From the NCBI GenBank assembly GCA_965226885.1, contig CBDDEL010000016.1:576001-640000 (forward strand): DNA of 64,000 nucleotides, in the 5' to 3' direction. Position 1 is the stretch's first letter. Each line of letters starts with the position of its first letter. Source of the DNA: Opitutales bacterium (GTDB lineage: Bacteria; Verrucomicrobiota; Verrucomicrobiia; Opitutales; UBA2987). The notes beneath the pieces were generated by a model. The model saw nothing but the letters and a program-made list of their open reading frames with translations. It did no database searches and was not told the origin of the DNA. A program made the position numbers and the translations under genes. Below are positions 35,049 to 45,085 of the stretch, piece by piece.

Positions 35049-36539
35049 GACTGGAGCAGTTCCTTGACTGGAGCAGTTGAGAGAACGTCAGCGACCGGGC
35101 GGATCCATTGAGCAACGAATCGCGATTTACCGACTATCCCCCTCTCTAATAGTTGATACCAGATCGCCAACACCGATCCATCCTTACCGGCTACCAACTT
35201 CATAACCTCATACCCTCTTCCGATAATTAGAGGTTGGGACCAGATTCCGTTTTCAAACCGCAAATAGCTGATCGGCGTATTAACCTCTTTTCCGCTCTGC
35301 AGAATCAGGGCATGAAAAATTCCATGCCTTCCAGAAGCGACATGAAGCTGCCGAGTATTTCTCGCCAACTCTATTTCAGCACCAACTTCACTGCCGGAAA
35401 TCAAGCGGGAGTACGCCGATGTGCTTCGCGGTGCTCTCCTCTCCCCCCCCCAGCGCAAACCGCTTCGGCGAACTTCTGCGTTCAGGACGGATAAGGTAAG
35501 CGACCATGACCGTATCTGATTCACCGTCTATCGCTAAATCGAAAAGGCCATCGAAGTTTTTTGTGCCACCAAGCGAAAAATAATAGACGTGCGGTATTTC
35601 CAGCGGCAGACCTTTGATAAGCGTATAGGCAATGCCGTCATTCGCAACGTGACTCGCGATGGGTTGATGATACCCGGGATCCTCCGAATCCAGAACGACA
35701 AATCTTACGAACGGTTGTCGGTCAACGATGTAGAAAAAATACACCCGGCCCCGGTCGCTGTATAACGGAACATTCAGATTGACTTGTGACGGGTCGTCCG
35801 CGTCAACAAGGAAGTATCCCCGCGTCTGATCTCCTTGCTCCCATTTAATAATAAGCTTTTTTGCCTTGTCAGGAAAAGGCATTCCCGGAGAGAAACCCGC
35901 GCCACCGAGCCCTGCGCCATCCCATATCAATCGCCATGGCGTTCCCGCACCCTTGATCTGCGAAATAGCAAAACTGAAAAACTCGTCCCGTTTCGAATCG
36001 TAGATTGGAACCCATCTCCCCCGATCAATTGTTGTATCCGCCCATATCCGATCGTCGGACCTCAGCACCGTTTTCCACGGGACTGCCATTTCCTCCGGTT
36101 GTTCCTCCAAGGTCCAGGACCCTTTCCGGTGTGTAAAATGGCCTTTTGGACAGACGACATGGAAGATTCCTTCGCCGTCGAGATATGCGTGGGATACGGC
36201 GAAATTCCAGCCATCGGGAGCTAATAATCCTTTGCCATTGAATAACTCATTTGCCGGGTAGCTCTCGCTGTTCCCATCGGGAAGCACCTTTACGTAATTG
36301 TGCGGGGACAATAAGTGCGCAACCCCTTCCGTGTCACATAGAGTTCGGGTGGGAGCTAATCCGCCAGTATCGATCTCGATCTCCGGTCCTATCGATACCA
36401 CGGCAACGATTTCGGGATGCGGCACTGCGCCGGCCTCAATTTCTTCAGCATGGCCGACGCCAACCAACAAAAGCAAGCAAGCTAACGTCCCGGCGCTAAC
36501 CGCCTTCTGATCCAGTGTCTTGTCAGCCGACGTTTTCAT
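35049..36539 (-). pseudogene. Secreted hypothetical protein with a frameshift at a G9 run and 3' end at the IS boundary
   Basis: ORF 35388-36539 has a signal peptide; ORF 34955-35524 continues in another frame around C9 at 35443-35451 and runs into the IS end. Confidence 0.6.
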
Positions 36540-36856
36540 CGCTCAATAGCACGAATACGCGCAACCCGCTGTTCAAGTTTCCCGGCCTCCTTCTTCCGAT
36601 CTATGGCTCGATAAAGCCCAGCCAATTTCTCAAGGCTGAAGGCCACATCGGCATGGTCCGGGCCAGCGTTTTTCTCGGCCACCTCCAGAGACTTCTTGGC
36701 GACAACGACAGCGCGGTCATAATTGCCCTCCTGATAGAGCGTTTGCGCCTCTTGATTGAGGATGTCCCATTCAATGCCCGCGCCTTGGGATAAGGCAAGC
36801 AACGCACTCAGATGTAGTAATGCGAGAATTGCGCGTGCTGGTGTAATCCGTTTCAT
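36536..36856 (-). CDS. Small secreted TPR-repeat protein
   Basis: Signal peptide then LYQEGNYDRAVVVAKKSL...GPDHADVAFSLEKLAGLY (kinesin-light-chain-type TPR); ATGA overlap with the next gene. Confidence 0.82.
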   Translation of the reverse strand: MKRITPARAILALLHLSALLALSQGAGIEWDILNQEAQTLYQEGNYDRAVVVAKKSLEVAEKNAGPDHADVAFSLEKLAGLYRAIDRKKEAGKLEQRVARIRAIER

Positions 36857-37128
36857 TCTCACCTTGTTACTGTACCTTTGAGAGTTAATGTTTTTGTATT
36901 GTACGGGCTTTGCCAGCAATCGCAGCTTTCACAGCCATTTCAGGGGAATCTATTGGGGGGATTCCAAGAATGGTCGTATATTGCTTCTCGCCTTTTTCGT
37001 CAGTGAAATACCATGCAAAGCAATTCTTGGCTTTAGGGTAGCCTATAAGGTCGAATATCTCGACTTCGCCCTTCCTCCCATGCTACTTGCCCTTGGAAAA
37101 CCTCTTTGACGAGCTTTGAGCCTATATA

Positions 37129-38952
37129 GAGGCTGTCCCAAAAGGGTGATTTTTGCGAGGGCTTTTGATAGGCGCTCATTTTAGAGGTATTTGCATTTGG
37201 GAGAGTATCAACTTTGCTCTCCTATGACGTTAGGATACTGGTTTTGGGGTCCGGTTGCCTGGTTTTCTTTGTATGAGCCGACAGTAAGGCTGTGAAAAAG
37301 TATTGTCCTTGCTTTTCCGCTCTCTAGGCCGCCGCTTTGGTTTTTAGTTCGTCTTGCTGGGCCAGCATCTTGGCTACTTTCCATAGGTTGTGCGAGAGTA
37401 CCGACCAGGCTACGCTGATCGAGCGGTTGGCAAAGCCTTTGCTGCGCAACCGCCCGGCCTGCCAGCGATTCTTCAATACCCCGATCCGCCCTTCGGTGCT
37501 GGCCCGGCGCTTTTGCAATTGTCTGAACAGTGGTTCCTCCATCCGTTTTTTCAACTGCTTCGGATCGCGTGGACAGAGCGCGTCGTAGATTCCCTCCTGG
37601 GCTAACTGCCGGCGGGCCCGCTGGGAGGCAAATCCCCGGTCCGCGCACATGGCCGCTATGGGTTCTTCCAGGTTGAAGCGGTTCTGTCTTTGCAAACTCT
37701 CTTGCATTTGTTCATTTTCGCTTGGAGTTCGGCTGCCGTAGAGTTTCCAGTCCAGCAGGTACCCTTCAACGCTTTCTCCCAAAAACAGGGTGTTGCCGAA
37801 CTCGACCTCTTGGCCCGCTTTACCTCGCACAATCACCTGCACATCGAGTTCGTAAACACTCAAGACTTTCTCTGCGTTTTTCACCTGGCGGCCGCCAATG
37901 ATCCGCTCGTGCGCCTGTTTGATGACCACCGGGATTTGCTCGCTCATGCGCTCCATCCGGGCGAGGATCTGTTGGACCTGTTTTTCGCTGTAATCGCTTT
38001 GCTCCCAGCAGGCTTGCAATAATTCCCGGTGACTGCGGGCATGCTCCCCGATCCGTTTGAGCAGCTTTTTCATCTGCCTCAAGATACCCTTGCGCTGCCG
38101 CGCGCTGTCCTTTCGCCGCCGGCTGTGGGTCATCTGTATGCACAGCCGATTCATCTGCCGAGCCAAGGGCTCCGGTTCGATCGGCATGCGATGGCGCAAA
38201 CCGGCCTTCTCGCGGATCAGCCGGATCGCTTTGAGCAACGTGCCGGCTACATCCTTGAGTAATACCCAGTCCGTCGGCCAATGAATGTTAGCCTCCAAAC
38301 AGGTGCCGTCGATCAGGCAAATGGTGGGGTCAATCGGCTTGTCCAATCCCACCTGCCGGGCCAGAAGGGCATCGGCCACCACCTCAGTCAAGGTCCGGTG
38401 CAAGGCCCTCAACTGCTCTTCGCTGAAAAACTTCGAGGCCCGCTCCAGGGTGCTTTTGGAGATGCCCCTGATGCCATCGATCTGCCGGACACGGCAAAAG
38501 TCGGCCAACAGATCGCTGCTGCCCAGAGCCCGCGACAAATGCCGAAACGAAATCCCTCCGAGCAGACGGCCCAGCGTATCCATGCGCAGTGCCTTGATGG
38601 CAAAACTGGCCCGCTGCCGCCGGGCCTTTAGACCCATTGGCGGCCACCCCTCCAAGGCCAGCTCAATGGCCTGCGATTCCACCTCCGAGTCGATCAGCAG
38701 CCGATCGATTCGATCAATGGTGGCGCGGAAGTTATCGTAATCGAGGCACCGGTCGACCACAGTTAAAGCTGGACGCAGGAGGCATTGGATGGCTATATTT
38801 TTCATAGATCATAGAAAGGGCTATATTGATTTTCGCTAACTCAATTATAGAACCCTTTTTTGGCCGGATCGAGCAAAAACTTGCTCTTTCCGGCTCTTTT
38901 TATCAACGTCATCCAGTTGACTATAAAATCTTTATATTTTTGGGACAGCCTC
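37129..38952 (-). mobile_element. IS-A copy 4 (transposase 37324-38805)
   Basis: TATATA TSD; 7-bp duplication TCATAGA at the start codon. Confidence 0.94.
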
Positions 38953-39014
38953 TATATAGCGGCAATCACAGCCGTGCATGACTGTGATTGCGTCTGCTAA
39001 ATCTGCAATATCCT

Positions 39015-39227
39015 TCACTTCTCAATCTTTTCAACCAAATCGCTGACTGTCCAGATTGAATCCGTGACACCCGCTTCCATAGCAGGTGTGCAACGGAGGG
39101 AACCGTGAATCTTGACGAAATTGTAATTGTAATAGGCAAAGTTTAGGGCCACAGCCGCCTTGAAATTTTCCAGCTTTTTACTGAAAGCATTTGTCAACCG
39201 GCTCAACCTACGGCAGTGCATCCGCAA
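39015..39227 (-). pseudogene. C-terminal remnant of an IS1-like transposase (a different element)
   Basis: LRMHCRRLSRLTNAFSKKLEN...YYN(YN)FVKIHGSLRCTPAMEAG; no N-terminal part. Confidence 0.75.
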
Positions 39228-39482
39228 GGCAGGTTCTTTTTTCCTTTTTGCAAGAAATTGGATAAATGAACTGAATAATATGTGATTCGGCACTGGCTCA
39301 GATGCACGCCGCCCGCTGTCAGTAGTCCTGTCATTGTCGGCACACTGCGGTTGCTAAGCGGTTGCTAGAATAACAGTATCTCATAGCAATTTCGTGCAAC
39401 AGACTTCATTTATCTGCATTTCTTAAATTGTTGATGCATAAGTAATTAAGTGATAATCAATGAGTTATGTAATTTGATTGTT

Positions 39483-39510
39483 GTCGGTTCGATTCCGACC
39501 CACGCCTCCA
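39483..39510 (+). other. Duplicated 3' end of tRNA-Cys (att-like remnant)
   Basis: GTCGGTTCGATTCCGACCCACGCCTCCA matches the last 28 nt of the tRNA-Cys at 62165-62239 with one mismatch. Confidence 0.88.
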
Positions 39511-39669
39511 TTTATTTATCTTGTTAGTTATAAATGGCTTAAGTAGAATTAGATTTTCTATTAACTAAGATAATCGATATTGAATAGGGGGGTTTGCGAC
39601 TTGATTCATGGTAGTTGGGGATAATGAAATTGAAAGATTAAACCAGCATGCTTCATACTGGCCATGCAT

Positions 39670-39828
39670 AAAGCCCACCTATCGCTGATGGAAAAAGGAG
39701 TCTTCACGGTGATTACGGTATCGCCAGGCAAAGATCTCATCCGCACCTCGATATCGGCCTGCCGCAGCCAGGAAGACCTGGCAAAGATCGGCGAGGCCAT
39801 GGCCCATGTGGTGAAAGAATTGTATTAG
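39670..39828 (+). pseudogene. Possible C-terminal remnant of a PLP-dependent aminotransferase class I/II (BioF/SPT-like)
   Basis: Own translation: LMEKGVFTVITVSPGKDLIRTSISACRSQEDLAKIGEAMAHVVKELY*; resemblance judged by eye. Confidence 0.45.
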
Positions 39829-39898
39829 CCTGACGGCCTTGCCTCAATTCTAAAGCGAGAAAAATTAAACTGCCTGACAGATACACCTGAATTGGTGT

Positions 39899-40105
39899 AT
39901 GGGCAGGACCAATATAGATTTAGACGATAAGCTAGTCCGCAAAGGGTTGAGCATTACTGGTTTCCGAACGAAAAAAGAATTGGTAAATTTCGCCCTTCAA
40001 GAGCTTCTTCGCATTGAAGAACAAAAGGGATTGTTAGAATTGGAGGGGCGCTTTCGATGGACTGGAAATCTTGAGGAATTGCGCAAAAATCGCTTCAAAC
40101 AATGA
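39899..40105 (+). CDS. vapB: VapB-family antitoxin
   Basis: MGRTNIDLDDKLV...TKKELVNFALQEL; ATGA overlap with the PIN-domain gene. Confidence 0.88.
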   Translation: MGRTNIDLDDKLVRKGLSITGFRTKKELVNFALQELLRIEEQKGLLELEGRFRWTGNLEELRKNRFKQ

Positions 40106-40493
40106 TTTTGATCGATACGAGCGTTTGGATCGACTTCCTTGAGGGTGCGGAAAATTCAGCCACCAGGTTGCTCAAGAAAAAATAGATGAGCGGGAATCTT
40201 TGGCTTTTACCGGATTGATTTTGTTGGAAATAATGCAAGGAATTGAAAGGCCGGTGGACAGAGAAAAAATCGAATCAAAGTTTGAACCTTTAATCGAACT
40301 GCATCCCCAACGCACAAGTTATCGATTGGCTGCGGAAATCTATCAACAGGTAAGAAGGGAAGGGCACACCATACGCAGTATTATCAACTGCCTGATTGCG
40401 GCGCTGGCTATGGAATCCGAGGCCTTCCTATTGCATAAGGACGGGGATTTTAACCGAATCGCCGACTATTTTCCCCTCCCTATTGTCAATTAG
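40102..40493 (+). pseudogene. vapC: VapC PIN-domain toxin, frameshifted
   Basis: MILIDTSVWIDFL... stops after the A6 run at 40177-40182; the rest is in the frame of ORF 40200-40493 (LEIMQG...LLHKDGDF). Confidence 0.85.
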
Positions 40494-40528
40494 ATTCTGC
40501 ACGGCGGAGGGAGGTAAAGGTGTGCCTG

Positions 40529-41305
40529 TCAGGCCAGGCCTCTTTGGCTGGTTTGGATGAATTCGGTTATTTTTTTTACTATGGCCGAGTCACCGTTTTC
40601 CACCGAGGCCAGTTTTTGGAGGGCTTGGGTTTTATTTAATCCGCTGCGGTAGAGCAATTTAAATACCGTATGGGCCTGCCGGACGTCTTCCGCTGAATAG
40701 CCGTTGCGCTCCATTCCGATTTTGTTGACGGCGAGCACTTTGGCCGGGTTGCCGTCTGCAATCATGAAGGGGGGGACGTCCTGCACTACTTTGGCGCATC
40801 CGCCGAGAAAGGAATTGCGGCCGATGCGGCAGAATTGATGGATGGCCGTCAATCCGCCAATGATGGTAAAATCTTCAATGTCAACATGGCCGGCGAGGGT
40901 TGCGTTGTTGCTCATTACGACATGGCTGCCAATCGTGCATTCGTGGGCGATATGGGCATAGGCGAGAAAAAAGTTGTCATTGCCGATGATGGTGCAGCCA
41001 TTCTCGGTGGTGGCTGTGTGGACGGTGCAAAATTCACGGAATATGTTGCGGACACCAATTTTCAGGGGGGGGTGGCCACCGGCGAATTTCAAATCCTGGG
41101 ATTTGCCGCCAATCAGAGCGTAGGGAAAAATTTCGCATTCCGGCCCGAGGGAGGTGTTGCCTTCCACGGTGGCATGGTGGTGGACTACCGTGGAGGGGCC
41201 GATACGTACTTTGGGCCCGATATAGGCATAGGGGCCGATTTTTACGCCATCGTCAATTTGAGCACTTTTTTCGACCAGAGCGGTGGGATGTATTTCGGTA
41301 GCCAA
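40529..41305 (-). CDS. lpxA: UDP-N-acetylglucosamine acyltransferase
   Basis: Hexapeptide repeats; IHPTALV, QDLKF, HIAHEC, LAGHV, IHQFCRIG, QDVPPF. Confidence 0.96.
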   Translation of the reverse strand: MATEIHPTALVEKSAQIDDGVKIGPYAYIGPKVRIGPSTVVHHHATVEGNTSLGPECEIFPYALIGGKSQDLKFAGGHPPLKIGVRNIFREFCTVHTATTENGCTIIGNDNFFLAYAHIAHECTIGSHVVMSNNATLAGHVDIEDFTIIGGLTAIHQFCRIGRNSFLGGCAKVVQDVPPFMIADGNPAKVLAVNKIGMERNGYSAEDVRQAHTVFKLLYRSGLNKTQALQKLASVENGDSAIVKKITEFIQTSQRGLA

Positions 41306-41338
41306 AGGCGGGATGCTGGATAGGAGTTGGGCGGGGTT

Positions 41339-42685
41339 TTAACCTTCATCGGGGGCGTCCATGATTGTGAACATGAGGTCTGCCGAGGAAACCACTTTGC
41401 CGGCAACCTGGCAGGAGCAGGAGGCAGCGGCGATTTTATTGCCCCTCGTTTTGGTGATTTTGACATGGATGAGGATCTGGTCCCCTGGGCTGACAGCGCG
41501 GCGGAATTTGACTTTGTCGCAACTCATGAAGAAGGCCACCTTGCCTTCGCTGGCGACTTGGCGGAGCATGAGCACACCGGCCGCCTGGGCCATGGCTTCG
41601 ATCTGCAAAACCCCCGGCATAACGGGCAGGCCGGGGAAATGCCCTTTAAAGTAGGGTTCGTTGAAAGTGACATTTTTGAGAGCCACCAGTTCGCGGTCAT
41701 TGATAATTTCAGTGACCCTGTCGATAAGCAGAAAGGGATATCGGTGCGGAAGAATTTCCAGAACCCGGCGAATATCGAGGGCTGTCTCGTGTGCCGAAAC
41801 ATAGGTTTGGGGGGCATCCGGTTTCTTTTTTTTGGGGGAGGGGCGAGCGGATTTTTTTCCGTTGCAGCGGGCGAGGATAGCGGAAGCCAGTTTCGAGTTG
41901 AGGGCATGGCCCGGCCTGACTGCCACGATGTGCGCCTTGAGCGGTTGGCCCAGGAGGCACAAATCTCCGATGATATCGAGGATTTTGTGCCGCACAAATT
42001 CGTCTTTGAAGCGTAGCGGCTCTTTGGAGAGAATCTTGTCGCCTTTGATGACGATGGCGGAGTCGAGGCTGCCGCCCCGAATCTTGCCCCGGCTGATGAG
42101 TTCTTCGATGTCTTCGTAAATGGTGAAGGTGCGGGCTGGAGCAATCTCGGTAAAATAGGTGTCTGGATCGATATCGATGGAGAGGTGCTGGGTGTGAAAC
42201 CCGCGGTCGTCGCTTGAGGTGCAGGTGATTCTCAAACCGTCATAGGTAAGGGCTATGAGGGAGCGGTTTCCATCGCCCACCGAGAGAGGTTCCTCCACCT
42301 GGAGGAAGGAGCGATCTTTGTCTTGCTCGACCGGTTCCGCTTCCCGCAATAATTTAACATATGGGCGGGCCGATCCGTCCAGGATGGGAGGTTCCACTCC
42401 GTCCAGTTCGATGGTCACATTGTCCACGCCGAATCCGCTCAAGGCGCTCAGGACGTGTTCCACGGTCAACAACTTGACATGACCGGAGGCCATCCCGGTA
42501 TTGCGAAAGAGGTCGGTGACCAGTTCCACTTTGGGCTGGATTTCCGGTTTTCCGTAGAGATCGATTCTTCTGAAAACGATACCCTGGCCGGCCGGAGCCG
42601 GTTTAAAACTGATGCGCACCTCTTCCCCTGTATGCAGGCCTTTGCCTTTGATGGAGGCTTCTCGCAGGATGGAACGCTGTTTCAT
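41339..42685 (-). CDS. lpxC: Bifunctional LpxC deacetylase / FabZ dehydratase
   Basis: [34 protein letters not shown], followed by [12 protein letters not shown] and [19 protein letters not shown]. Confidence 0.96.
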   Translation of the reverse strand: MKQRSILREASIKGKGLHTGEEVRISFKPAPAGQGIVFRRIDLYGKPEIQPKVELVTDLFRNTGMASGHVKLLTVEHVLSALSGFGVDNVTIELDGVEPPILDGSARPYVKLLREAEPVEQDKDRSFLQVEEPLSVGDGNRSLIALTYDGLRITCTSSDDRGFHTQHLSIDIDPDTYFTEIAPARTFTIYEDIEELISRGKIRGGSLDSAIVIKGDKILSKEPLRFKDEFVRHKILDIIGDLCLLGQPLKAHIVAVRPGHALNSKLASAILARCNGKKSARPSPKKKKPDAPQTYVSAHETALDIRRVLEILPHRYPFLLIDRVTEIINDRELVALKNVTFNEPYFKGHFPGLPVMPGVLQIEAMAQAAGVLMLRQVASEGKVAFFMSCDKVKFRRAVSPGDQILIHVKITKTRGNKIAAASCSCQVAGKVVSSADLMFTIMDAPDEG

Positions 42686-42843
42686 TTCAGGGAATTTGAG
42701 ATAGGTTCTGAAAAAAACTTCACCTTAGACCCCCATTCCCGATTGTAAAGAGTGGAAATTTGCACCGGGATTATTGACAGGAGAGCGGGCAATCACATAT
42801 TGAGCGGTTTTCTAAATAAATACTCTCCACACATAAAATTGCT

Positions 42844-43401
42844 ATGGCTTCTCCCAAAGATATTCGCAAAGGAAGGGTGATCAATTACAATGGCATTCCC
42901 CATGTGGTGCTGGAAATGATCCACCGCACCCAGGGCCGCCAGGCCGGATTCGTCCAGACCACCTTGAGGAACATGAAGACCAACTCCACCACCACGACCA
43001 AGTTTCGCGGCACCGACCATATAGAAATTCTCATCACCGACACGCAACGGCTGGAATATAGCTACAATGACCGGGAGGGTTGCCATTTTATGCATCCGGA
43101 AACGTTCGAGGATGTTATTCTGGATGAAAACCTAGTCTCAGAGGCTCGCAAATTTCTTTCCGAGGGCAATACTTACGATGTTTTATTTGTGGAAGAGCAG
43201 GCCGTCCAGATTCAGCTGCCATCATCCGTGGAACTTGAGGTGGTGGAAGCGCCGCCGGCCATCCGGGGCGATACTTCGGGGGCGGTCCTCAAGCCGGTCA
43301 CGGTAACGACGGGCTTTGTGGTGCAAACCCCGCTTTTCATAAATGTGGGGGACATAATCAAGGTCAGCACGGCCGACAGTTCCTACCTTGGCCGGGCCTG
43401 A
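42844..43401 (+). CDS. efp: Elongation factor P
   Basis: DIRKGRVI, FMHPETFE, RGDT, VQTPLFINVGDIIKVST...YLGRA. Confidence 0.95.
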   Translation: MASPKDIRKGRVINYNGIPHVVLEMIHRTQGRQAGFVQTTLRNMKTNSTTTTKFRGTDHIEILITDTQRLEYSYNDREGCHFMHPETFEDVILDENLVSEARKFLSEGNTYDVLFVEEQAVQIQLPSSVELEVVEAPPAIRGDTSGAVLKPVTVTTGFVVQTPLFINVGDIIKVSTADSSYLGRA

Positions 43402-43465
43402 GGTGTGAGGCCTAAGGCCTAAGGTCTGATGCCCGTTTTGCCGGTCCGCTTTTTTTTTAAAAAAA

Positions 43466-44800
43466 TCAAGCCACCCGCTCGACAATAAGTTGGGGCGGAT
43501 TGGGGCGCTTGGGGGCCAGGCGGTAGGCCGAACGCAGGTAATCGAGGGCAGTGTCGAGGCGCGATTCATCGTTGTAATGAATCATCATGAGGGGCTCCCC
43601 TTGTTTGACTTGAGCGGCTACTTTGCGAATTTCGGAAACTCCTACGGCGGGATCGTAGATACCCTTTTTGTCGGTGGCCAGCATCTGCACACCGCGGGCG
43701 ATCATGCCGGCGTTGATGGTGTGGACATAGCCTCTTTTGGGCGCGGGTAGTTTGCGCACGTACTTGGCTTTGGGAAATTTGTCTTCATCTTCCAGCCATT
43801 CGGTATTGCCGCCGAGAGCGGCTACCATTTCTTTGAATTTAATGAGGGCGGAGCCGTCTTCGAGGTGCCTCAATACGGTTTGTTTGGCGGAAAGAGTGGA
43901 ACCGGCCACTCCTCCCAGGCGGACGATTTCCATGCCCAGCTTGAGAACGAGTTCCTTTAAATCCTCAGGGCCTTCGCCGCGAAGCAATTGCATGGCTTCG
44001 AGTATTTCGAGGCCGGTCCCTACGGTATCGCCCAAAGGTTGGTTCATATCGGTGACCAAGGCCACGCAACGGCGTTTCATGGAGCGGCCCACCCTGGTAA
44101 TGGATCGGGCCAATTGTCGGGCTTGATCCACATCTTTGATGAAGGAGCCGTTGCCCCACTTCACATCAATCACCAATCCTTCGGCCCCCTGGGCCAATTT
44201 TCGGCTGAGGACACTACCGGTAATGAGCGGGAGGCTCGGAATGGTGGCTGTTTTGCGCCTCATGGCGTATAAAACTTCATCGACCGGAGCAATCTCGGGA
44301 CTTTGCTTCACAATCGTGCAATTTACGGTGGAGAGCAGTTCGACGAATCGATCCAGATCGACATCGGGGTTATAGCCGGAAATGGAGGAAAGCTTGTCCA
44401 GGTTGCTGATGACGAATTCTTCATCGACGCCATTCATCATTGGCATGACGACTCCGCAGGCGGCGGCCAGCGGGGCCAGCACGAGGGAGGTTTTGTCTCC
44501 CACTCCTCCGGTGGAGTATTTATCGATCTTGGGCTTGGTGATTTTCGATAAATCGACCACTTCCCCCGACAACATCAACTCCTCGGCCAGGGATGCGGTT
44601 TCCTGGGCTGACATTCCTTGAAAATAAATGGCCATGGCCAAAGCGGCCAATTGGTAATCGGGCAATTTGCAATCCATGATCGAATCGACAACATGGCGAA
44701 TTTCATCGTGCGTGAATTCGCCACCATCCCGTTTCTTTTCAATTAAATACTTGAAAGAGGGTTTGATGAACTTTCGCGGTGAAAATAGTTTTTTCCTCAT
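43466..44800 (-). CDS. Thymidine/pyrimidine-nucleoside phosphorylase family protein with atypical active site
   Basis: LIEKKRDG, DKYSTGGVGDKTSL, DVKWGNGSF, TDMNQPLG. Confidence 0.9.
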   Translation of the reverse strand: MRKKLFSPRKFIKPSFKYLIEKKRDGGEFTHDEIRHVVDSIMDCKLPDYQLAALAMAIYFQGMSAQETASLAEELMLSGEVVDLSKITKPKIDKYSTGGVGDKTSLVLAPLAAACGVVMPMMNGVDEEFVISNLDKLSSISGYNPDVDLDRFVELLSTVNCTIVKQSPEIAPVDEVLYAMRRKTATIPSLPLITGSVLSRKLAQGAEGLVIDVKWGNGSFIKDVDQARQLARSITRVGRSMKRRCVALVTDMNQPLGDTVGTGLEILEAMQLLRGEGPEDLKELVLKLGMEIVRLGGVAGSTLSAKQTVLRHLEDGSALIKFKEMVAALGGNTEWLEDEDKFPKAKYVRKLPAPKRGYVHTINAGMIARGVQMLATDKKGIYDPAVGVSEIRKVAAQVKQGEPLMMIHYNDESRLDTALDYLRSAYRLAPKRPNPPQLIVERVA

Positions 44801-45085
44801 GTTTTCTCAATCGGTTCTTTGGCATTGCACTTTGGCATTGCATTTTGGCATTGCATTTTGGCAAGGCCGTAAGCCATTAATTATTAGGCCATTAAGAACA
44901 GACTTGTCGAGACTTTTCTGTTTCGAGGGACTTTCCGTACCGCTTCAGGGTTGGATAAACAGGCTAGAGGCAACGATTTCAGAAGCTAGCTGAGTTTGTG
45001 TTTTTTTTATCCTCAAAGAGAAAATTTTTCCGTATTCGGCGCTTGCCCCAACACTTCTTCTGGCCATTCCATAGGAGCTTCAGGC

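Noticed and set aside
35443..35451. G9 tract as a proven phase-variation switch
   Set aside because: Cannot be told apart from a homopolymer sequencing error or decay without reads.
39483..39510. Second tRNA gene
   Set aside because: Only the T-arm and 3' acceptor strand are present.
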